A stretch of 64,000 nucleotides of DNA from Spirochaetia bacterium (GTDB lineage: Bacteria; Spirochaetota; Spirochaetia; SP-2023), in assembly GCA_965263295.1 (NCBI GenBank), contig OZ253665.1, forward strand, positions 288,001 to 352,000, read 5' to 3'. Positions 36,016 through 47,567 of the stretch are shown in pieces. Under the pieces are notes generated by a model. The model did no database searches, was not told where the DNA came from, and saw only the letters and a list, made by a program, of their open reading frames with translations. Position numbers and translations under genes: made by a program. Numbering within the stretch: the stretch's first letter is position 1; each line of letters begins with the position of its first letter.

Positions 36016-36519
36016 ATGAAGAACACCAACGCACAAGATAAAAAACGACAACGGGAGCTTAATCTGGGTGTCGTTACGTGTTATCTGGTGGCTAGTGCGG
36101 CTCGTCTCTGTGGAATTTTTTGGCGGCGACAAGCTGTTGCGAGTGAGAAGGTTGAGCTATCTGGCTCTTCTGTAGTTTTGGATGAGACGGAACGACAATT
36201 AAGAGAATATTTTGAGGGTGAACGACAAGGCTTCGACATCCCTATAAATCTGGCCGAGCTTGAAGGAACGGAGTTCCAACGGCAAGTCTGGTCTCAGTTG
36301 CAGACGATACCTTATGGAGAAACCTGTTCTTACAAGGAGCTGGCAACTTCGTTGGGCAAGCCCAAAGCTTGGCGGGCAATCGGGACGGCCAACGGGCGAA
36401 ACCCGCTCAGCATAGTGATCCCTTGTCATCGTGTCATTGCTGCTGACGGGAGCCTGGGGGGCTATGCGGGCACTTTGTCTGTAAAAAGAATGCTGTTGGA
36501 ATTAGAACAAGCTGAGTAA
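36016..36519 (+). CDS. ogt: Methylated-DNA--protein-cysteine methyltransferase
   Basis: [33 protein letters not shown]. Confidence 0.93.
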   Translation: MKNTNAQDKKRQRELNLGVVTCYLVASAARLCGIFWRRQAVASEKVELSGSSVVLDETERQLREYFEGERQGFDIPINLAELEGTEFQRQVWSQLQTIPYGETCSYKELATSLGKPKAWRAIGTANGRNPLSIVIPCHRVIAADGSLGGYAGTLSVKRMLLELEQAE

Positions 36520-36540
36520 AAAACTTAATATGCTGTTAAA

Positions 36541-36580
36541 TAATAAAAGATGGGAGAAATTTTCTTCCCATCTTTTATTA
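36541..36580. terminator. Bidirectional intrinsic terminator between the convergent ogt and eno genes
   Basis: taataaaagatggga ... tcccatcttttatta, a 15-bp stem. Confidence 0.8.
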
Positions 36581-36607
36581 CGGCTTTATATGTGCCTGCT
36601 ATAGTCT

Positions 36608-37915
<1,308 letters not shown>

Positions 37916-38137
37916 TCACTCCTTTTCATCAGCGGGTTTACCGCTTGGCTTTTGCGTAACTGGAATGTTATGAGTTTGAAGTATAAGCGTTTCAGGCTTT
38001 AGGTCAAGGGAAATGGCGTGTGTAATGACTAGCAATAAACACTTTATAATTTGATTGCCATTTTAATAGATATCTGAAACTATGGGTTTATTTTCTGTGC
38101 AAAATATTCTAAAGAATTTTTGCCGGGGTTGCCGGCT

Positions 38138-39349
38138 TTAATTCTTAGATAACTTGCTATTCTTAATTCGTACATTTTCCAATCCATAAATAAATAATCC
38201 TAAGCTATTTTTGGTTCTTCGTTGCAACTTGTCAAATTTTACATGGATGTGACACAAACCATCATGGGTTTGATCAATAAAACTGGTGATGCGGGTAATG
38301 TGTCCGACCATCTGATGGAATGGCTCCTCATCTTTATTGTTATATGTTCCAGAACGAAGGGCGAGAGGATTGTTACAGCGCACCAGAACTTTTTGCCCGC
38401 GTTCAAAGAAAGCTTCATACTTAGAGTTCGAAACAATGCTGCAGCCCCCGAGCGAAATGTCCATGATCAGGACATTAATTTGTTGTGGAATAGTTTTGCT
38501 TTCGACAGGTCGAGGGGGTGAAAGCAATTTAATTTTTCCCGGTTGAGTAAATTGTACGCGTTTGTGTCTGCGCGTAATATTATTGGGAGCTTCTTTACGC
38601 CAGCTGTGGGATAAAAAGTATTCTTTGCGCCCAGATTGGGGATAACTACGAATTTTTTTCAGTTTAACATTGTAAGTAGCGTAACCATTGCCGTTATTAC
38701 CCATCAGCCACAACGTCAGCTGATGCCCGGCCTTTTGTAGATATTCATCGTTGTTTTTATCCGAGAATTTATAGTTGAGGACTAGTGCCCGGGGAGTAGC
38801 GCGGTTTACCGACATCTGAATCCGGAAATGATTATTAAGATCAGATAGGAAGACTATGGCAGTAGGTTGTATTAAATAAGTACTCAGTGCAGCTGAAACA
38901 GATTGAAAGTGTTCTTCCAGTATGTCAATGGCATCAATTAAATAAACAATCTTCTCCTGGAATTTCACAGGGTCACCTTTTTTCCAAAGCTTTTCCTGTT
39001 GATAAATGCCTTTGAAAATCTGCAACATATTGGTATAATTAAAAAAAATTAGCATAGGATTATGGTTAGTATGAGACCGTACATGTTGGAATAGATATTG
39101 AGTTATATCGCGTGGCAAGCCGGAGCGGGAGGCAAAGGTAAAAAAATTATCTTTATTGAAAGGAGGAACTTCCTTGACCCCCTTCAGTTTTTTACGCAAT
39201 TGTCCCAGGATAATCGGAACAATAGTGAATAGCGAACCGATTATTAGGATTAATATGATCAGCCCTGGAAAATTTTGATTTGTGTCGCTGTTAATGAATG
39301 GCTCAAGTTGAAAGTTGGATGTCTGTAAGAATAAAATATCGTATTGCAA
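38138..39349 (-). CDS. Membrane-anchored PilZ-domain protein (YcgR-like c-di-GMP receptor)
   Basis: N-terminal TM segment; RxxxR (RRHKR) and DxSxxG (DISLGG). Confidence 0.8.
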   Translation of the reverse strand: MQYDILFLQTSNFQLEPFINSDTNQNFPGLIILILIIGSLFTIVPIILGQLRKKLKGVKEVPPFNKDNFFTFASRSGLPRDITQYLFQHVRSHTNHNPMLIFFNYTNMLQIFKGIYQQEKLWKKGDPVKFQEKIVYLIDAIDILEEHFQSVSAALSTYLIQPTAIVFLSDLNNHFRIQMSVNRATPRALVLNYKFSDKNNDEYLQKAGHQLTLWLMGNNGNGYATYNVKLKKIRSYPQSGRKEYFLSHSWRKEAPNNITRRHKRVQFTQPGKIKLLSPPRPVESKTIPQQINVLIMDISLGGCSIVSNSKYEAFFERGQKVLVRCNNPLALRSGTYNNKDEEPFHQMVGHITRITSFIDQTHDGLCHIHVKFDKLQRRTKNSLGLFIYGLENVRIKNSKLSKN

Positions 39350-39547
39350 AATAGTCTTCCCTCATCTGTCATTAATAAATTTCGATGTCAACATCAAATG
39401 AAAACAAATAACATCATTTATATTCAATCAGCTCAAGAACATAGCTTATGTTAATTAAATTAAGTGATTTGAACACATATTTTTACTTTATTTCTATAAA
39501 TTTGTTAAGGTCTTCTAAAATTTCAATGAATGAAGAATGCGCTCATT

Positions 39548-41302
39548 TTATTGCGAGTTATCGGCAGGACGATGACTGCGGCTGAAGTCGTGATACATTT
39601 CTAGTTGTTTCTGAGTCAAGAAATCTTCTGGTCTATATAAAAGCGCCAGGTTTTTAGCGCTGTGGCGTAGAGATTCAATTTCATCGAGAATATTTTGGGG
39701 GTGTTTCAGGTTTTGCAAGCGAAAGAGCTGGGCTCCCACGGTCAGGGAAATGGTTCCAAAGCCCAGGATATTTAGATACTCCAACCGAATATCCTGTATT
39801 TCTCGAATTGGAATGCGGCGATTACCTCGATAGCCGAGAAATTTGTCTGAGCAGAACAAGAATTCTTCGTTGATCCTCCAGCTGTAGCGTGACCAGCGCA
39901 TTACCTGGAAGATGAGCAACAGGCCTAAGGCAATCAGGGGAATGGTCAGGTAGATTTTATATAATTCCGATTTCTGGCTATATAACAGGCCGACCAGGGC
40001 CAGTAGGGCAATTGGCCCCGTCTGTAGTAGCAGTGCCCGCAGGCTTCGCTGTAGGCGACCTTCTAATTTGTCATTGCGGTAATCAATTTCTTTGATCAGT
40101 TCAGGCTGTAACTTATGCCATTTTTGAAATTGTTTCAGCTGGGCACTGTTTTGTAAGTGTTCTTGCAATTCGCGAGCCTCTTTAAGGCTAGTTTGAAGAA
40201 CGGTTAACCATTTTTTTACACGATCTATGGGAAAAATCTGCACGACTTCGCCGTTGTACGTATGTAGTCGCAATCCTCCAAACTGGAAAAAACGGGTCAT
40301 GACGGGGATTTTTAATAATTCGACTTGGCTAATGCTGAGTAGTGGATAACTTTTGATCTTACTGCTGAGACCCAATAGGTCTCGCTCCGTGATATGCAAT
40401 AAGCTGCGTTTCAGTGTGTATTCGCAGCGGGAGCGCTGCATCACGACAAAGCCCAGGGTCAGCAAGGAAAACAGAGCCAGAATAACGTTGAAAAAAGGTA
40501 TCGCTTCCCAGTGCAGTTGGGAAAATTGCCAGATATTCATCACTCCCAGGACAAAGGATGCGACGATGCTGTTAAGCCAGCTATTGTGGCTGCGCAGCAA
40601 GGATCTGCGTTGTAGCCATTGTTTGCCAAAGTTGCGAGTATGCGGCGGTGGTACTTCGCTCATCTGTTGCCAGACGGGCATGGGAAGCCCTGAAACTAGG
40701 TAACCTTCGACATTGTAAAGCGGACGGAGGGCGCGGTGGATCTTGGGTTGTTGCTGGGCTAGCTTGGCTAGGTGAAAGGCCGTCATGCACAGGACTTGGG
40801 TATCATCTTCAAGTGAGATAATTTCATTTTGGGCAATCAATTCTTCGGTCAGGGCATGGACGTTGATTAGGTCTCCGGGGTAAAAATAACGCAGCAAAGC
40901 TTTGTTTTTTTGCGAGAATTCAGCATCTTCATTGGCGGGTATTTCTGCCGTTGCCGGTGGCTGCAGCTCATCGGAGTTGGAATGTGAAATCCCGCTTTTT
41001 TTTGCTTCTGTCTCTTCACTTGTATCCTCTGTGCTAGGATTTGAGGCTGAGTCTTGCTCGCAGGCTTCTCGATAATGACATTTTTGTGTTTTATCTTGGA
41101 AACGGGCTTGTTTCTCACTGTACTCAGCCAGGCGACCGCGCACAACAATCCACAGAACTTCCTGCAGTTCATTGGGCAGAACCAGGTAGGAATTTTTGGG
41201 ACAGCGGTAGAGTTCTATATAGTGGGCCAGTATGCGGCGCTCATGTTCAAACAGGGCGCAGAAAAAGGGATGTTCGGCCAAAAAGCGGTCGATTAGTGTC
41301 AT
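39548..41302 (-). CDS. Cyclic-nucleotide-binding domain plus bacterial PH-domain membrane protein
   Basis: cNMP-like N-terminus (FLAEHPFF...LWIVVRGRL...YFYPGDLI); two TM hairpins, each followed by a bPH-like segment (PLLSISQVEL...FGGLRL; IPIREIQDI...GFGTISL). Confidence 0.65.
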   Translation of the reverse strand: MTLIDRFLAEHPFFCALFEHERRILAHYIELYRCPKNSYLVLPNELQEVLWIVVRGRLAEYSEKQARFQDKTQKCHYREACEQDSASNPSTEDTSEETEAKKSGISHSNSDELQPPATAEIPANEDAEFSQKNKALLRYFYPGDLINVHALTEELIAQNEIISLEDDTQVLCMTAFHLAKLAQQQPKIHRALRPLYNVEGYLVSGLPMPVWQQMSEVPPPHTRNFGKQWLQRRSLLRSHNSWLNSIVASFVLGVMNIWQFSQLHWEAIPFFNVILALFSLLTLGFVVMQRSRCEYTLKRSLLHITERDLLGLSSKIKSYPLLSISQVELLKIPVMTRFFQFGGLRLHTYNGEVVQIFPIDRVKKWLTVLQTSLKEARELQEHLQNSAQLKQFQKWHKLQPELIKEIDYRNDKLEGRLQRSLRALLLQTGPIALLALVGLLYSQKSELYKIYLTIPLIALGLLLIFQVMRWSRYSWRINEEFLFCSDKFLGYRGNRRIPIREIQDIRLEYLNILGFGTISLTVGAQLFRLQNLKHPQNILDEIESLRHSAKNLALLYRPEDFLTQKQLEMYHDFSRSHRPADNSQ

Positions 41303-41311
41303 CTGGCAACA

Positions 41312-42133
41312 TTATTCCCTTGCAGTGTTTGTGTTTGTGCGAACAGCGCGCACAGTTAGCACTTTCTTGCGCGGCGGTGCGCCGGAACTCAAATTCGGAC
41401 GAGGTCCTCTGGATCCATTTCTGAGTTTTGCTTGAGATTTTTCTTGAGTCCTTTCTTTGACGAGCTCCTTATGTGCCTTACTGGGTTGCTCTTGTTCAAT
41501 TTCCAGCCATTTTTCGATGCTTTGAATTAGAGTCTGGCTAAATTGACCGGCTATATTTTGTGGTATTTGTAATTGCTCTTGCAGGGGCTTGCCGTAGTGA
41601 TGGCTATCTTCACGTATGATTAGTAGTCTGTTATGACGTTTGCACTGAGTTTGAAAGCTAAATTGGCGCTGCAGACTTTCTGCTTGCCCGCGATAGTCCT
41701 GACCTTCGCCTAGAGCTTCCAATGCGGCCAGGCATTCGCGGGCAAAGCCTTGACGCTGTTCGCTGAAGATCAGAATGGAATGTCGTTTGAACAACGTTTC
41801 TTCGTTTGAGGTGTATGAAATATTGCCGCCCGGTCTTACGTGTACTTTATTTTGATTGCGGCTTTCAACGATATTCAAATATATGTCACCTTCGCGGTTT
41901 TGTTTTAGGTTGAAAAAAAAGCTGGACTTGGTATCGCATTTTAGGCGTCGGGAGTACAGTTCGCCACGGTAGTTGCCCCCTGCGTCATATTCATCATTTG
42001 TATACTGCTGAAACTTTTTTCCACGATCTCGCTCGCTTGCATTGCGCCTTGGCGCATGGTGGCCCTTTGAAGTAAAGTCCCTTGGAGTACAATCCCTTGG
42101 TGGATGCGAGAAATGATTATGCCTGTCTTTCAT
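41312..42133 (-). CDS. PUR-family (DUF3276/BpuR-like) nucleic-acid-binding protein
   Basis: RGELYSRRL...FFFNLKQNREGDIYLNIVESR...FKRHSILIF. Confidence 0.72.
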   Translation of the reverse strand: MKDRHNHFSHPPRDCTPRDFTSKGHHAPRRNASERDRGKKFQQYTNDEYDAGGNYRGELYSRRLKCDTKSSFFFNLKQNREGDIYLNIVESRNQNKVHVRPGGNISYTSNEETLFKRHSILIFSEQRQGFARECLAALEALGEGQDYRGQAESLQRQFSFQTQCKRHNRLLIIREDSHHYGKPLQEQLQIPQNIAGQFSQTLIQSIEKWLEIEQEQPSKAHKELVKERTQEKSQAKLRNGSRGPRPNLSSGAPPRKKVLTVRAVRTNTNTARE

Positions 42134-42224
42134 GTGCCATTTATCCTGTCTTTGCTGTAATTACGATTCGTAAGACGTCTGCATATCTGTTTAAAGTGGA
42201 TAGAAACTCCTGTGCTAAGCCATT

Positions 42225-42256
42225 GCTATGGTTTTAGCTATGGTTTTAGCTATGGT
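42225..42256. repeat. 12-bp tandem repeat (GCTATGGTTTTA x2.7)
   Basis: Read directly in the intergenic DNA upstream of the PUR gene. Confidence 0.85.
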
Positions 42257-42390
42257 CTGCTCTACATTATTCCCCAATTTATAAGGACCAAGGAAAGTTA
42301 ATACTTTTTGAAACATTTGTATTTACTGCAAGAAACCAGCGCTGAATTTTAGAGGCCAGTGCGTATTTCATTCTCTTGGTGGGGCAGAAT

Positions 42391-43995
42391 CTAGATGGGA
42401 AAGCCGCAATCACGTCGTAATACTTTGGTGTAACCGCTGGAAAAACTGCGGGCTAAATTTGTCAGGTCCTGCAGCGCAGGGTTATCGGCATAGCGCTGGA
42501 GCTGATAGCTGGTATTGACGAAGGCCTCCAATTGCAATTTGGCCGCCAAGAAATGATCCTCCTTGCGCACGGCACCGATCAGCACTGAGTTCAGCAGGCC
42601 GATGACTTCCCATGTGACTTGTTCCACCTGCCAATAATGTCCGCGATCTTTACTTTGTTCTGAAATACGCAGCGGCAAGCTGGCGATAATATGATCAATT
42701 TTTTGCAGCAAGGCTTCCAGATCAAAGTAGCCAATGGCACAGTTAAACAGTAAATCTTCACCTTTGTTTTCAGCCACTTCCAGTATATCCTTGTCGACAC
42801 CAACGCCGATATCAAAACAGTTAAGTCGACTGTGTCGTGGCTGCCTGGGCCGCAGCAGCACTCCGCCTTTAATGTCAACTGCTGTGCGATAAGAGCAGAT
42901 GAAAAGACCATTGCGACCACTCAGGGCCAAAAGGCCAATAAAGCTGGGCTGAGGATTATACGCAACGTTGTCGATGTTGCCCAGGGAGATATATCGCGTG
43001 CCTTGCCGGTAGAGTTCATGCAATAGTTTTTTTAGGGCAAAAAAACATTGTCCGTGGCCGCCGGGCATAGGCACGTAAGCGCCATTTTTATCACGAAAAA
43101 AATTCCAAGATTGGGGGCGAGAGTTTTTGTCTCGGTCAAAAGTAGCTATTAAGGGCTGCTGTTTTGAAAAAATTTGTTCGTCCGGTCGCCATTTCAGTTT
43201 GCTTGCGAGTTCCTTTAGCACGGCTGGATCGCGTTGCCAGCCTCCGTTTGTAATGTAGTCTTGCAAGGGGGCGTGGGTCAATTGACTGGTCATCTGGAAA
43301 AATTTAGTCTGATCATTGGGCACAGATGCTAAACCGAGATTTTGGCGTAGCTTTTCCTGTTTTTGAAGCGTGCTGAATAGGGCTCGGAGTTTTAGACCGA
43401 TAAAGCTCGGACCAAAACTTGGGCCAGTACTTGGGTCATGGCCGCCGTCGTTATTTAGAAACGCTGGGCAGAGTGCCTTGGGTTGGGAAGCAAATTTATT
43501 GGAGAGGAACTCAAATTCGTCTTGCAGTATTTGAAACAGCTCAGGAGAAAATCCGCGGTTTTTTTTACGGTCAAAATAAGAGGAGGCAGAACCGCCGTTG
43601 AGGACGCCAAAGGCGAAACGGGGGCTGAGTAGTAGCCCGACCTCACTGAGTTCGGCCTCATTCAATTCGACTTTTGAGTGCTCTATGTCTCTTGCACGCC
43701 GGGCCATGGAACTGGCTGCCAATTCTGGATACTGCGATAATAGCTCCTCAATACGTTGCCGCGAGACTTTGTAATTAATTCCACTGGAAAAATCTATGAT
43801 ACTTTGCCCATCTGTGACGGGAATTTCAAAATCTTTGCAGTCGGTAGATTGTCCTTTGCTAGATATCAGCTGGTTTTCTCGTAGGATTTGCAACATCTGC
43901 AGACTCAGCCCGACGTCGATGTTGGCGCGGCGCATGGCTTTTTGCTCTTCTTGAGAAATACTCCTCAAAATATTTTCTGATAGATCTATGTTCAT
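42391..43995 (-). CDS. UTP--glucose-1-phosphate uridylyltransferase family protein
   Basis: LNGGSASSY, FQMTS, PGGHG, LGNIDN, DIKGG. Confidence 0.75.
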   Translation of the reverse strand: MNIDLSENILRSISQEEQKAMRRANIDVGLSLQMLQILRENQLISSKGQSTDCKDFEIPVTDGQSIIDFSSGINYKVSRQRIEELLSQYPELAASSMARRARDIEHSKVELNEAELSEVGLLLSPRFAFGVLNGGSASSYFDRKKNRGFSPELFQILQDEFEFLSNKFASQPKALCPAFLNNDGGHDPSTGPSFGPSFIGLKLRALFSTLQKQEKLRQNLGLASVPNDQTKFFQMTSQLTHAPLQDYITNGGWQRDPAVLKELASKLKWRPDEQIFSKQQPLIATFDRDKNSRPQSWNFFRDKNGAYVPMPGGHGQCFFALKKLLHELYRQGTRYISLGNIDNVAYNPQPSFIGLLALSGRNGLFICSYRTAVDIKGGVLLRPRQPRHSRLNCFDIGVGVDKDILEVAENKGEDLLFNCAIGYFDLEALLQKIDHIIASLPLRISEQSKDRGHYWQVEQVTWEVIGLLNSVLIGAVRKEDHFLAAKLQLEAFVNTSYQLQRYADNPALQDLTNLARSFSSGYTKVLRRDCGFPI

Positions 43996-44292
43996 ATTGA
44001 CTCTTAAATTTTGCCCATAAATTCAACCCAAATTCTAATCCAATTCTATCTATGGACTTTGCACAGATGAGCCTAAATCCAAAGGGGAAGCAAAAATTAC
44101 ACCTAGAAATTATACCGTTAAATTTTCCTTCTATCTATTCTAGATTCTATTGCTAAGATCAATAGCAATAAGTCAACGTCAATTATTACATAAAGTATTC
44201 ATTCTGTAAAGAGAAAAATTCAGCTCATACCTGCTTGGCTTCGCGGCTGTAAAGATAGGAAAATTGTAAGATAAAAAAGTTTAAGATGAGCC

Positions 44293-46221
44293 TTAATTCT
44301 GCTTTCCCTTCTGCTTTTCCTTCTGCTTTTCCTTCTGCTTTTCTAAGGGCAGCCGTAGATACAGTACACCTGGTATATTTGCTTCCAGGCGTTCAATAAT
44401 TTGCCCTTGTGGGCCAATAACAGCTGTTTGGCCTGAGGTGCTACCACGCAGGAAGTAGCGGTGTTGTTCCACGGCGCGGCTAACAGCGCTGCTGAAGTGT
44501 TGTAGGCCACCGATGGGAGAGGGGGCCCAGGAGTCGTTGGAGACTGACAATAAGACATCAAAGTCTTGTTTTTGAAGGGCTTGGAGCAAGTCGGGAGGGG
44601 CTAATAGCTGCTGCGGCCAATATAGGGGGAGCGAATCTTCATAGCAGATCATTGCAAAAATTTTTAGTTCCGTATACAGCTTGTTTTGTAGGGGCACATG
44701 TATTATTGGGCTTCCCTGTCCGGCATTATATTGGGCAAAGCCGTTGCGTTTTAAAATGGCGTTGATGCGTGGTAGCAGCTCAGGCCATTTGGCTTCTTCC
44801 GTGAAGGGGACCAGACGGTGCTTGTGGTAGGTCGCCAAGATCTTCCCGCCTTGAATTAGGAGCAGAGAGTTGTATTGAGCCCATCGCTGTTCATTCGGGA
44901 AAATATCTGGTTGGCCGTAATCGTTTGTGCCGATCAGGTATATCGCTTGGGCCTGCTCTAAATATTTTTGTAATTTACGCGTTAAAAAATGTTCGCGGTA
45001 GGTTCGGAGGAGATATAGAAGCCTATTCTTTAAGTCTTGCCGTTCTCCCACAGTCTGGGCGTTTGCCAACTGTTCCTTTAGGTGGCTTATGCTTTCGTCA
45101 ACCGGTTCCAGGTCGATATTGCGATTGAAGCGGAAGAACGGAACAAAGGCGGTCTCAGACCATACGATCAGTTCGGCACCGGCTTGTTCAGCCAGACGGC
45201 TTAGCTGTAAAAGGCGCTCAAGGGCTTGGCGGCTGGTGTCTTTTTCAGTTTGCCAAGAGTTTATATTATGTTGCAGTAGTGCGATGTTTAGTTTGTCCGG
45301 GGCAATGGGGAGCTGTATGCGCGATGTAAGGCTAGAAGTTCGGCTTGAATCCGCTGAGAGCGTTTGTTGTCCTGATTCTTGGCTCAGGAGCGTAATCTGC
45401 TTGCGGAATGCCAGCTGTAATATGGCTATTGCGGCCACAATACTGAAGCAGGTCAAACCGAGCTGTCGCAGCATAGGCTTTTGGCTTTGGGCAGTTGTAC
45501 CCCAGCTTGCGTACCAGCGTTGCGCAAAACTATGGATAGCCATTGCCGGGTAAAGGATCAGTAAATCAGCTATGTTTTTCAGGATAAAATTATGGCTAAA
45601 GTACAATGGTGCTGGCTGGAGGTAGTGACTGTAGAGGAGGCTGCCGTATGTGTAGGCGACCCAACCGACGGACTTGAAATATTCAAGTAAAATCCAAGCT
45701 ACGCAGAAGGCTAAATAGCTGAGATATTCAGGGAGACCGTGCCGCAAGATATATTGGTCTAGCAGATAGTACGTGGAAAAAAAGATGCTGAAGTAATACA
45801 AGTAGATGCCGGGGATCAAGATAAAAGCGATCCAGTCATAATCCAACAGCCATAAACTAAGGAGTAGGTAGCTGATGAAGCCGTAAAATGCCCCATAAAA
45901 TATGGCCTCACGCAAACTGCGTAGCTGCCGGCAAGCTTGCAGCAAGGGAAGGGCAAATATATAGATCAATACGGGTAAACCGCGTTCCCAAGTGGCATTG
46001 CCTTCAATGAAATTGCTGGGAAAGCTCAAAGCAAACAATAAGGCCGAGAGTGTGAGTAAGAATAACGGGCTACAGCATAACCATAGCGTAAATTTGCTGC
46101 CAGAGCTGCTTCTCGTTTGGGTCTGCCGGGATAAGCTGCCAGGATCAGACAGAACGGAAATCTTACGCTTAGGACCTGGTCCCAGTTTCAGGCGAGATAC
46201 CATATCATGGATTGATTGCAT
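44293..46221 (-). CDS. lnt: Apolipoprotein N-acyltransferase
   Basis: TM N-terminal half; WSETA, YHKHRLVPFTE, ICYED, SNDSW, RAVE. The C-terminus has a 12-bp repeat (KQKE)n. Confidence 0.9.
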   Translation of the reverse strand: MQSIHDMVSRLKLGPGPKRKISVLSDPGSLSRQTQTRSSSGSKFTLWLCCSPLFLLTLSALLFALSFPSNFIEGNATWERGLPVLIYIFALPLLQACRQLRSLREAIFYGAFYGFISYLLLSLWLLDYDWIAFILIPGIYLYYFSIFFSTYYLLDQYILRHGLPEYLSYLAFCVAWILLEYFKSVGWVAYTYGSLLYSHYLQPAPLYFSHNFILKNIADLLILYPAMAIHSFAQRWYASWGTTAQSQKPMLRQLGLTCFSIVAAIAILQLAFRKQITLLSQESGQQTLSADSSRTSSLTSRIQLPIAPDKLNIALLQHNINSWQTEKDTSRQALERLLQLSRLAEQAGAELIVWSETAFVPFFRFNRNIDLEPVDESISHLKEQLANAQTVGERQDLKNRLLYLLRTYREHFLTRKLQKYLEQAQAIYLIGTNDYGQPDIFPNEQRWAQYNSLLLIQGGKILATYHKHRLVPFTEEAKWPELLPRINAILKRNGFAQYNAGQGSPIIHVPLQNKLYTELKIFAMICYEDSLPLYWPQQLLAPPDLLQALQKQDFDVLLSVSNDSWAPSPIGGLQHFSSAVSRAVEQHRYFLRGSTSGQTAVIGPQGQIIERLEANIPGVLYLRLPLEKQKEKQKEKQKGKQN

Positions 46222-46235
46222 CCTCTGGAGGCGTG

Positions 46236-47558
46236 TTATCCCAATTCAGGAAAATAAATTCCGAAAGGTATTTGCTCATCAATAAAAGATTGTCGCAACT
46301 GCGATTTGGCGCGAAGCCGCCATTGGCCTGCCTGGGGGAGATAATTTAAAACATTTAGGATATTATTAGCACCGCCCATATAGCCCTGGATAGAGAGCGT
46401 TGAACCAATGAAATATAATTGACGATAGAGATGATTTTTGTGAATGAGATTCCGAGTTGCTGGATACTGCTCAAAAGTATTTAGGTAATAGCCTAGCAGA
46501 TTGAAACTATATATTGGATCAACTTCCTGGATTTTAGCAATGATTTGGGGGAGTTGAGTATCTGGGTTTTTTAAGGTCAGATCTTCTAGATTCCACGCCA
46601 AAGGATAATCAATGCCGATACTCTTAAGGTCACTGCTGAGTTTGTTGATAACATATTCAGGGCTAATGTCAAATAAATCTTTGGCATTTCGTGGTATGCG
46701 CGTGATATATTGCTGCTGCCTCAGGTAATCAATGCCTTGAGACATGGTGGAAATGACAGAATATAGCCCCAGGCGCAAAGTGTCGTTGTAGTAACCTTGC
46801 TTATAGTAGTAGAGAGCAAGCTCATTAAGGGCTGGGATTATGTGCGAATAGTTGTCACCATAGTAATATAATACCTCGTCAATTCCTTGCTCCTGAAGCA
46901 TACTGCGTATCTGTCGGCCTTTGCGCAGTTCGTCTGCTGTGGCCGGGAGCTCCATAGTTATAACTTTAAGCAGGGTCGCTTCGTATTGCTGGTAATCCTG
47001 TTTACGAAAATAGAGGTTGGCCAAAGTCATGTACAAGTTATAAATATCATTGGGATCATAAAAAAAATCTTTTTGGTCAAGGGCTTCTTGCATTTGAGAG
47101 ATTGCCAGACTGAGATTGTTGTCCGTATTAAAAATACGACCAATCAAATAATTGGCTTCGGGTGCATAGACAGTTGACCTTTTCGTCAGTAGAAATTTAC
47201 GTAAAGCCTCGCCATAGTCACCTTGTTGATACAGACTCTTTCCTTGCTCTAGCAGTAGCCAGCTAGGAATGCGTTGTTCGGCCACGACAGGAGATAGCTT
47301 GTCTTCAAGCACTCCGGTACCGCTAGATTTTGTCGGATGCGGGACCTCGGTTTCTTGAGCGCCTAGACTGACAGTGAAAAGTATGGCCAATATCGGAAGG
47401 TGGAACTTAGACGGGCAAAGGAGAGCAGAAAAACACAGCGGTTTATTTGGCAGTTGTCGCGGCAGAGTATGGCTTTCAAAATATTGTTGACCAGTGTGTT
47501 GGCTGGTTTTTGTTGCCAGGGGTGTTGCCCTGTGCTGCCCGGGGAAAAAATTAGACAT
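46236..47558 (-). CDS. Tetratricopeptide repeat protein
   Basis: WLLLEQGKSLYQQGDYGEAL...PEANYLIGRIF. The start codon is uncertain. Confidence 0.7.
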   Translation of the reverse strand: MSNFFPGQHRATPLATKTSQHTGQQYFESHTLPRQLPNKPLCFSALLCPSKFHLPILAILFTVSLGAQETEVPHPTKSSGTGVLEDKLSPVVAEQRIPSWLLLEQGKSLYQQGDYGEALRKFLLTKRSTVYAPEANYLIGRIFNTDNNLSLAISQMQEALDQKDFFYDPNDIYNLYMTLANLYFRKQDYQQYEATLLKVITMELPATADELRKGRQIRSMLQEQGIDEVLYYYGDNYSHIIPALNELALYYYKQGYYNDTLRLGLYSVISTMSQGIDYLRQQQYITRIPRNAKDLFDISPEYVINKLSSDLKSIGIDYPLAWNLEDLTLKNPDTQLPQIIAKIQEVDPIYSFNLLGYYLNTFEQYPATRNLIHKNHLYRQLYFIGSTLSIQGYMGGANNILNVLNYLPQAGQWRLRAKSQLRQSFIDEQIPFGIYFPELG

Positions 47559-47567
47559 GTAATTACC

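Noticed and set aside
44297..44344. Functional significance of the 12-bp repeats (lnt tail, 42225-42256, 26071-26166)
   Set aside because: These are in-frame or intergenic short slippage duplications with unrelated units; there is no evidence of a shared system.
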